This document shows positions 56,968 through 64,000 of a DNA stretch of 64,000 nt, in pieces (position 1 is the first letter of the stretch; each line of letters opens with the position of its first letter). This stretch comes from Ignavibacteria bacterium UBA7675 (GTDB taxonomy: Bacteria > Bacteroidota > Ignavibacteria > Kapaibacteriales > UB7675). The notes beneath the pieces were generated by a model. That model saw only the letters and a list, made by a program, of their open reading frames with translations, searched no databases and was not told the DNA's origin. Made by a program: the position numbers and the translations under genes. The stretch is from contig DLHF01000046.1 of NCBI GenBank assembly GCA_002483085.1, forward strand, positions 5,313-69,312. Direction: 5' to 3'.

Positions 56968-58299
56968 TTAATTGTTCTGGACTTCTAATGTAGGAGCCTG
57001 GTTACGCATACCGTGCACAACATTCAGCGGGATAAAGTTGCGGCGCGGCTTTACGCGCTTCTCAAACTCATCGCGGAACTGCACAATAAAGCCGCGCACC
57101 GGCCATGCAGCCGCATCGCCAAGAGCGCAAATAGTATTGCCCTCGATCTGCGAAGCCACATTCACAAGCAAGTCGAGGTCTTCGGTCGTACCATCACCGC
57201 GATGGATGCGCTTCAGGATTTTTTCCATCCATCCACATCCTTCGCGGCAGGGCGTACACTGCCCACAGGATTCGTGGTGGTAGAAGTGTGCAATACGCAA
57301 GAGCACTTTTACTAAATCGGTATCCTCGTCCATCACCATAATACCTGCGGTGCCAATATGCGTACCGATCTTCTTCAGCGATTCTTCGTCCATCGGCACA
57401 TCGAGCTGGTCGCCGCGCAGTGGCGGCATCGAGCTTCCGCCCGGGATCACCGCTTTTACTTTTTTATTGCCGGGGACGCCACCGCAGATGTCGTAAATAA
57501 TTTCGCGCAGCGTAAGGCCCGTAGGCAATTCGTACACACCCGGCTTATTCACATGGCCGCTTACGCCATAGAGCAACGTACCGGGATGCCCCTGTGCGCC
57601 AATTTTACTGTACGCCTCGCCGCCCATACGGATAATAGCAGGCACAGTAGCGAGCGTTTCCACATTGTTGATAGTGGTAGGCATGCTCCACAATCCCTTC
57701 TGAGCCGGGAACGGAGGCTTCACACGCGGATAGCCCCGGTTGCCTTCGAGCGAGCTCATCAGCGATGTCTCTTCGCCGCACACATAAGCGCCTGCGCCCT
57801 TGTGCACGTAAATATCCATGCTGAAATCGGTGCCGAATGTTTCCTTCATTTTCGGGCCGATCAAGCCACGAGCATACGCTTGGTCGATGGCATCCTGCTG
57901 AAGACGTACCCACTTGTGGTACTCGCCGCGAATGTAAATATAAGCGGCCTTTACTCCCATCGCATAGCCTGCAATCAAAATGCCTTCGATATGCTGATGC
58001 GGGTTGTATTCAAAAATTTGCCGGTCTTTGAACGAACCGGGCTCAGACTCATCGCCGTTGACAGCCAAGTATTTCGGCTTGTCGGTTCCCTTAGGCATGA
58101 AGCTCCACTTCAGTCCCGTCGGAAAACACGCGCCGCCCCGCCCGCGAAGATTGGATTTTTTTACTTCATCGATCACCTGGTCAGGCGTCATCTTCAGCAC
58201 TTTGCGTATCGACTCATATCCCTGGTTGGCTATGTAGACGTCGATGTCGTGAAGATTCGGAATATCGGGAAGGACTATGCGCGGGAAGGACTGTGCCAT
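56968..58299 (-). CDS. nuoF: NADH:quinone oxidoreductase subunit F-like flavoprotein (51-kDa NuoF/HoxF family: NADH-binding, FMN, 4Fe-4S)
   Basis: GRGGACFPTGLKW, FMN/NADH fold, C-terminal cluster ligands ESCGQCTPCREGCGW. 443 aa. No nuoE or nuoG neighbours. Confidence 0.8.
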   Translation of the reverse strand: MAQSFPRIVLPDIPNLHDIDVYIANQGYESIRKVLKMTPDQVIDEVKKSNLRGRGGACFPTGLKWSFMPKGTDKPKYLAVNGDESEPGSFKDRQIFEYNPHQHIEGILIAGYAMGVKAAYIYIRGEYHKWVRLQQDAIDQAYARGLIGPKMKETFGTDFSMDIYVHKGAGAYVCGEETSLMSSLEGNRGYPRVKPPFPAQKGLWSMPTTINNVETLATVPAIIRMGGEAYSKIGAQGHPGTLLYGVSGHVNKPGVYELPTGLTLREIIYDICGGVPGNKKVKAVIPGGSSMPPLRGDQLDVPMDEESLKKIGTHIGTAGIMVMDEDTDLVKVLLRIAHFYHHESCGQCTPCREGCGWMEKILKRIHRGDGTTEDLDLLVNVASQIEGNTICALGDAAAWPVRGFIVQFRDEFEKRVKPRRNFIPLNVVHGMRNQAPTLEVQNN

Positions 58300-58513
58300 A
58301 AATCAGAATTCCTGTTTGATTTACACTCTCTACAGGCCCGGCTGCTCATGCGGCAGAGCCCAAATGCGTATGCCGGGATAATCAGCGCTTAAAATACGTT
58401 TTTTTCATTGAACGGGCAATATCTGAACACCTAAAAAACACAGGCCCAACACGATGAACCCCGCCGGGTATCTATTGCCCCAATTGCGACTGCTATGACA
58501 GCTCGCAGTTGTG

Positions 58514-58574
58514 GCGCTTCGGCCTCTGCTCCTACCTCTGCTCTCTGCACCGCGCAGCACATCCGCTGCGTGTG
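58514..58574. repeat. solo module-B repeat copy
   Basis: GCGCTTCGGCCTCTGCTCC...CTCTCTGCACCGCGCAGCACATCCGCTGCGTG. Confidence 0.6.
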
Positions 58575-58966
58575 TTTCGACCCGTCCCCCGCGCATTTGC
58601 TACCGTAAAACGGTGCGCCTGTGGTAGCCCACACTGGCAAAGAACAGCTAGTTCCAGCCTTCCGGGCACAGTTCCTACACCGAGACGATTTCCATCCGGT
58701 GAGCCTCGTGTGCGTAGGCCAAATACATCTTGCAGAGAATGACTCATCAGCTTACCAAGGCGATATGATAAAAATAGTGATAGTAGTGTCGACCTAACGA
58801 GAGAGGCATATGGTTTTGCTCTATACATCGGCCAGCAGAATTTCTATTAGTGAAGCTTTGAGCGCACAGGAAAACACACTGGTTTTAGTACACCGTGTGC
58901 CGTATATTGCGCCCTGTTGTTCGCAATTTTAGTCGTCTTTCTTTATTCGTTGTACGGGAGATTCTT

Positions 58967-59803
58967 ATGCGTGTACTGGCTCGCTTGGTCTGTACGTTGC
59001 TCCCTTTGGTTGTTTTCCTTCCATCGTGCTCGCCGCCTGCATCATCGCCTGTAGCCGATGTACCACAGACATCTACTAACAGCGATACAGCCATCTCCAT
59101 TCACTTGGAGCTCGGCTATCCGCACGACGCAGATACAACCGACGACTTTTTGGTGGTACGCCCCCAGTATGTGGCATCGTTCAGCTACAAGCGCAACACA
59201 CCCAACTGGGTGAGCTGGAATTTGAACAGCGACTGGTTTGGCGATGTACCGCGCTACGAAGGCAACTTCATAGTCGACCCGATGCTACCTGAGTCCTTCT
59301 ACCATCCAGATCACAACGACTATACCAACAGTGGTTATGACCGGGGGCACATGGTGCGCTCCGAGGAACGCACAAAAACACCGGAAGATAATCGCTCGAC
59401 GTTTTACATGACCAATATCATACCACAGCGCCCCGACCTGAACCGAGGGGTGTGGTTAGATTTTGAACGCTATTGCGAATCGCTGTGCAAAGACTCTCTC
59501 AAGCAATTATTTATTGTAGCCGGCCCAGTGTTTTCTACTCCCCAGCCTACAATTATCGGCCAGCATATTGCTGTGCCGGATTCTTGCTTTAAAATTGTGG
59601 TTGTGCTCGACCGGGGACAAAAGCGCAGCAGTGTTACGGCAACCACGCCTGTTATTGCTGTGATGATGCCCAATCGCGACGGCGTGCGAAAAGACGACTG
59701 GACGCTGTATCGCAGTACCATCGACGACATCGAAGCGAGAACAGGCTATGATTTTCTCAACGACATAGCTCCTTCCATCCAAGCGCTTATCGAAGCAAAG
59801 TAA
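58967..59803 (+). CDS. secreted non-specific DNA/RNA endonuclease (Serratia NucA-like, DRGH motif), probable lipoprotein
   Basis: Signal/lipobox MRVLARLVCTLLPLVVFLPSCS. Active-site YDRGHMV...N. The listed ORF starts at 58895, upstream of the signal peptide. Confidence 0.8.
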   Translation: MRVLARLVCTLLPLVVFLPSCSPPASSPVADVPQTSTNSDTAISIHLELGYPHDADTTDDFLVVRPQYVASFSYKRNTPNWVSWNLNSDWFGDVPRYEGNFIVDPMLPESFYHPDHNDYTNSGYDRGHMVRSEERTKTPEDNRSTFYMTNIIPQRPDLNRGVWLDFERYCESLCKDSLKQLFIVAGPVFSTPQPTIIGQHIAVPDSCFKIVVVLDRGQKRSSVTATTPVIAVMMPNRDGVRKDDWTLYRSTIDDIEARTGYDFLNDIAPSIQALIEAK

Positions 59804-62029
59804 TTATCTGACGACTGTAAATACGCCCGTCTGCACGCGCTGCCCGGCTTGTAGCCTGTACATATAGGTTCCCGCCGTAAGCTCTGCGGTGCTCACTGTG
59901 GCCGTGTGCTCTCCCGCCGCCATTTTGCTATCGAATGCAGTAAACTTCCTGCGGCCAAACGTGTCGTACACATCTATTACTACACGCTGTGCCGACACTA
60001 ATCCAAACTGTACATATACATATGAAGAAGTAGGGTTTGGATAAGCAGTGGTCTGCACACCGTTATCCAGCACAGAAGCACTTGCGGCAAGGTTAGTCAT
60101 AGCCGCAAAAATATCGAGCTTGCCGTATCCCCACGTGTTGTTTGGAAGCGAGCCATGCGATGCGGTAAAGCTGTCCTCTGCGGCTGTGCCTGTCAGAACA
60201 TTATACACCTCGCTGAACGAGGACAAAGGATGTTTCTCCATGTAAAGAGCAACTGCGCCAGCAACCGCAGGAGCAGACATACTCGTACCACTTCGCACCA
60301 TGTAGCGCCCATCTCCTACAATAGTAGAAGGAACATCTTTGCGCTCGACCACGCGGGCTGATACGACGCGCTCGCCCGGCGCTGCAATGTCGGGCTTCAG
60401 ACGGCCATCAGATGTTGGCCCGGAACTGGAAAACACGCTGAGCTCGCCTACAGGACGCCCCGACCCCAAACGTTCGATACCACTTGTATCAGTATAAGAA
60501 TATCTGTTTATATAGCATCCTACGGTGATGGCTCCGCGCGACACACCGGGCACACCCACCTGCATGAGGTTGTCTGTAGGTCTGTAGCGCGAGTTGAATG
60601 GCAAACCGCCACTTGTGTGCTCCGGGTCGTCTACATATCGCCCCCAGGAGTGGAAAGTACCGCTACCCCGCACTTTGATGCGGTAAATACTCAATTTACT
60701 CTGAAAACGCCGCATTGAAAGCATCAAGTCAACGCGTCCTGATGGGGCTTTCGAAGCGGTGAATGTAATGACTGCCGACGTGTCGTGTGGCACTCCTGAT
60801 GTCGTGCAAAGCCATGTGAGAGTACTACTGCCGATATCGGCAAGGCTGGCGGGCGTCCACCACGGAGTAGCTCCTACCGGCACGAAAAACAGCTTGCCAT
60901 TACTGCTGCCGAGGGAATCGCATTCCACGGCAATTTCTAATGTTTCGGTATCAGAAGCTGGTACTTCAAAATACAATCCGTCCTGGCGGAAGCTGTAAAT
61001 CCACAGTGAATCTTGCTCTACAGGAAAACCGCCCCAGTGTGTTTTGAGCTCGCCGTCGTTGCCCGCCGAAGCACAGAATATTCGCCCGGGTTTTGCATGC
61101 ACCAACTGGTCGATTGCCTGCGATGCTGCGTCGTCGCCACTGTGCGTTACACCAAGCCGCTGCCCAAGGCTGGCATTGATTACACATGGCATGCCTAGCT
61201 CGTCAGCTTTGGCGTAGATGTACGCTACAGCATCAACAAAAGAAGTAAGCACGACATTTTCCTGTTCAAAATCCAACTGCACAACAACGATAGAAGCCTC
61301 GGGAGCAACACCGTTGTTTCCGGCGGCAGTAGCAGCTACATGAGTGCCGTGCCCGATCTGGTTGTCGTTTTGCAATACAAAGCCCGCAGGCGAGCCATCG
61401 AGCTCGTCTTCAATCTGCGCTTGTGTGTACTCCACGCCATAGTCGAAGCCTTTTGGGGCTGCGCCCTGTGTCTGCATATGGCTCCAGATAGCGAGAATAC
61501 GCGAGCGCGTAGAATCGGCGGGATCGCGAAATTCGGCATGGGTAAAATCAATACCGCTGTCGATAATTCCCACCAGCACCCCCTTACCAGTATAGCTCCG
61601 GTCTAAAGGCATAGTGCCTCGATGTACCCTGTCGGCGCCGATATCTGCCACTAACGAATCGTTGTGCAATTCCATCGGCGACGCTGCTTCTATATATTCC
61701 ACACTGGATAGAGCTGCTACCCCCTCAATACGCGAAGCTGGAATGCGAGCCGTCACCAGCAATGGCAATACAGTACCTACAACTCCGCCATGCTGCTCTA
61801 TCTCCTGCCTGAGCGCCGAACCGTCGCCGCGCACAAATACGTGGAGCATATCGTCCGCTGGTACAACTGCCGCGCGCAAAGCTGCCAATTGCCGCTGGTG
61901 CAGCATCATGCGAAGACGGGCATCGTATTTGGACAGAGCAGTCTTCTCCACACCATCTGCATGTGCGGCAGAAGAAAGAAGAAACACAAAAGCAGCGATG
62001 GCAAAAGCAAAACGGATGGCTCGGTGCAT
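59804..62029 (-). CDS. subtilisin-like serine peptidase (S8) with T9SS C-terminal sorting domain
   Basis: Start at internal ATG (MHRAIRFAFAIAAFVFLLSSAAHA). IIDSGIDFTHAEF (Asp), GHGTHVAATAAG (His), SGTSMSAPAVAGA (Ser). Tail AYPNPTSSYVYVQF...GTYMYRLQAG. Confidence 0.85.
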   Translation of the reverse strand: MHRAIRFAFAIAAFVFLLSSAAHADGVEKTALSKYDARLRMMLHQRQLAALRAAVVPADDMLHVFVRGDGSALRQEIEQHGGVVGTVLPLLVTARIPASRIEGVAALSSVEYIEAASPMELHNDSLVADIGADRVHRGTMPLDRSYTGKGVLVGIIDSGIDFTHAEFRDPADSTRSRILAIWSHMQTQGAAPKGFDYGVEYTQAQIEDELDGSPAGFVLQNDNQIGHGTHVAATAAGNNGVAPEASIVVVQLDFEQENVVLTSFVDAVAYIYAKADELGMPCVINASLGQRLGVTHSGDDAASQAIDQLVHAKPGRIFCASAGNDGELKTHWGGFPVEQDSLWIYSFRQDGLYFEVPASDTETLEIAVECDSLGSSNGKLFFVPVGATPWWTPASLADIGSSTLTWLCTTSGVPHDTSAVITFTASKAPSGRVDLMLSMRRFQSKLSIYRIKVRGSGTFHSWGRYVDDPEHTSGGLPFNSRYRPTDNLMQVGVPGVSRGAITVGCYINRYSYTDTSGIERLGSGRPVGELSVFSSSGPTSDGRLKPDIAAPGERVVSARVVERKDVPSTIVGDGRYMVRSGTSMSAPAVAGAVALYMEKHPLSSFSEVYNVLTGTAAEDSFTASHGSLPNNTWGYGKLDIFAAMTNLAASASVLDNGVQTTAYPNPTSSYVYVQFGLVSAQRVVIDVYDTFGRRKFTAFDSKMAAGEHTATVSTAELTAGTYMYRLQAGQRVQTGVFTVVR

Positions 62030-62245
62030 ATGCAGATTCCAACAAAAATTAAGATGAAGCGGAAGATACAACAGAACTCTATTATATCCTCGTGTGCGCT
62101 TTTTGGCAGCGATACGATAATAGTTGCTGACCACGAACTCTTGGCAAGGATGCAGCACAGCAAAAAAATCCCGTATCTAAAAAACCCCGTATCTGTATCT
62201 ATTGTAGAAGTTATCCAACATTGTGCTCTCTACCCCATAGGCTGT

Positions 62246-62300
62246 GGCACGGGCGTGGTTCGGCGCACGGCTCGGCGCTGTCACCGGTCGCACAAACTGT
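62246..62300. repeat. solo module-A repeat copy
   Basis: GGCACGGGCGTGGTTCGGCGCACGGCTCGGCGCTGTCACCGGTCGCACAAACTG. Confidence 0.6.
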
Positions 62301-62893
62301 TCTGTAGCTGCCCCGACGCCTGGCGCACAGGCACGCAAAAGTGGACTACGCGCAGCGCTCGTCCGCACATCCTCACTGCAAAAGCAGTGCACAGACGAGC
62401 TTATAATAACTGCCAAACAGGCCACAGACAAAACACCCGAGCGAAGGTATCTGCACACACAACAGAACTTCAACCAACTCCGCAATAACTATTTTTTCGT
62501 CCATTCAAAAAAAACTTTGCATTCGACAAATTGGTTAATATATTTGCACCCTGTTTTTCGATTTTTCCACCTTCTTTCATTAAAGGTGAGACAATGCTGC
62601 TACATCTACTCTTCTAACTCCCGCAGGTAGCCCTGCGCCGCACACAGGCCGGGCGGCTTTTGTACCGTGTCGTCTTCCCATCACGGTGGCAGCCGTCATA
62701 CGCATTCATATCATATCAACTACACTTTTCGACCGGTGATAAACCGGACGCAGTTGGTGCATTGTACCATCGTGCGCATTTCATGCACTGCATAGCACGC
62801 AGCGCACGGATAGTTCTATCGCCGTATTTACGTCATCGCCAGTTGCTGCAAGCGCCTTCACAGGTGCTCGCAGGTGGCTGCTCGATGCCTTTG

Positions 62894-64000
62894 ATGGAGG
62901 ACACCGTCGTGACGGACGACCCAGAATTGGAATCAGAGCCCAGAACAAAGATCAGTATATCCACCTTTCGGCGTATGCTCCCGTTCTTCAGCGGCTACCA
63001 GCACACGGTGGCTGCCGCAGTAGCAATGGTGCTTGCGCGCACAGGTATTCTCGCCTGCTTGCCGCTCGTATTTCGCGAACTGGTAGATAGCTCTATCCCC
63101 TCGCAGCAATACAGCCGTATTGCAATTGCAGCAAGCATCTACTTGCTGATGCTCGTAGCACAGGGTACACTAGAATACTACCAATCGTTGATTGTTGGTT
63201 TCATGGGCATTCGCATTGTCAACACGATTAAACAACAACTGCTCGCGCACATCTTTACGCTCTCGATCCGCTTTTTCGACCATCACAAAGTCGGCAAGCT
63301 GATCAGTCGTGTAGAGTCCGATTCGCAACGCCTGTATATGGCGTTTTCCAGTGTGGGCCTGCAACTACTCGGCGCCTTGCTGATGCTGGGCATATCGCTT
63401 ATAATTATGATCTCGACAAGCGTACAGCTAACGCTGTACGCACTGGCTGCCGCGCCTCTGTTTCTCGGTGGATTATACGCCATCTTTTTCAAAATGCGAC
63501 CGCTGTTCCGGCAGGATCGCGAGCTCTATGCAAACATTACCGGATTTCTTACAGAGCATATTCCCGCTGTAGTGCTGCTGCGTAATCTGAACAACACGGC
63601 GTGGTCGCGCAAGAAAATGGCCGACCTCAACCGCGAAAAAACACGCTTTTCGATTAGAGTGGAAAGCCTCGAAGTAGTGCTGTGGTTCTTCATGCTGCTG
63701 GCGCCTGTGCTGGCAATTACGGGTATTCTGTACCGCAGCGTTTCGTGGATTCCATCGGGCGATATTTCCATTGGTACGGTGTGGATGTTTATTCAGTACA
63801 TCCAGCTCGCTACCATGCCGCTTATTATGATTTCCGAACAGATTAGCGAGTTGCAAAAAGCAATGGGCGCCGCCGAACGGATATTCGACCTGTTCGATAC
63901 ACAACCGGAAATAAGCAATCCGGTGCGCCCTGTAGCCGATAAGCCGTTTACAAATGAACTGCGCTTTGAGCGCGTGAGCTTTCACTATGAATCCGACAAG
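62894..64000 (+). CDS. ABC exporter, fused permease/ATPase type (MsbA-like); only the transmembrane domain lies in the window; 3' end outside the window
   Basis: ATG 62894, open to base 64000 (not in the ORF list because no stop is reached). Six TM segments, family motifs FFDHHKVGKLISRVESD and ERIFDLFD. Confidence 0.8.
   Translation, partial: MEDTVVTDDPELESEPRTKISISTFRRMLPFFSGYQHTVAAAVAMVLARTGILACLPLVFRELVDSSIPSQQYSRIAIAASIYLLMLVAQGTLEYYQSLIVGFMGIRIVNTIKQQLLAHIFTLSIRFFDHHKVGKLISRVESDSQRLYMAFSSVGLQLLGALLMLGISLIIMISTSVQLTLYALAAAPLFLGGLYAIFFKMRPLFRQDRELYANITGFLTEHIPAVVLLRNLNNTAWSRKKMADLNREKTRFSIRVESLEVVLWFFMLLAPVLAITGILYRSVSWIPSGDISIGTVWMFIQYIQLATMPLIMISEQISELQKAMGAAERIFDLFDTQPEISNPVRPVADKPFTNELRFERVSFHYESDK

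Overview
The 64-kb window is from a moderately GC-rich (about 55-57%) Bacteroidota/Chlorobi-group-like genome with a type IX secretion system (T9SS). Seven predicted proteins end in a T9SS C-terminal sorting domain. Housekeeping genes include tRNA-Leu(GAG), murC, topA, map, nadD, a nuoF-like gene, a DtxR-family regulator, SurA-like PPIases, two-component systems, an MCP and a partial ABC exporter. Four things stand out.

1. An island of about 14.8 kb (22.0-36.8 kb) lies exactly between the two halves of a split IcmF-like acyl-CoA mutase (B12-binding+MeaB GTPase gene at 20591-22015; mutase catalytic gene at 36817-38826). The island carries three paralogous giant T9SS cargo genes with a shared ~480-aa N-terminal domain and 7, 3 or 0 Cys-containing Ig-like repeats. 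It also carries an AT-rich orphan gene preceded by 4 x ~70-bp tandem repeats and three tandem lipocalin-like lipoprotein genes.

2. Immediately downstream of the mutase gene, a ~1.8-kb AT-rich islet holds an overlapping two-gene module: an ABC/AAA_21-type ATPase and a small TOPRIM-like (E...DxD) protein. This is an OLD/PARIS-like candidate defence cassette that I cannot assign to a named system.

3. A bipartite GC-rich intergenic repeat family (modules A: GGCACGGGCGTC...GTCGCTGTCACCGGTCGCAC and B: GCGCTTCGGCC...CTCCGCACCGCGCAGCAC) occurs at least 15 times, at almost every gene boundary. Several copies create spurious N-terminal ORF extensions.

4. Three smaller structural oddities. First, a 115-bp tandem duplication of a promoter/leader next to paralogous REC domains in the two-component locus. 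Second, a lipoprotein gene disrupted by a 1-nt frameshift at a GGG run. Third, a 21-bp x3 tandem repeat in a gene-poor gap.

Coordinates of starts are approximate (+/-1-30 nt) where noted.
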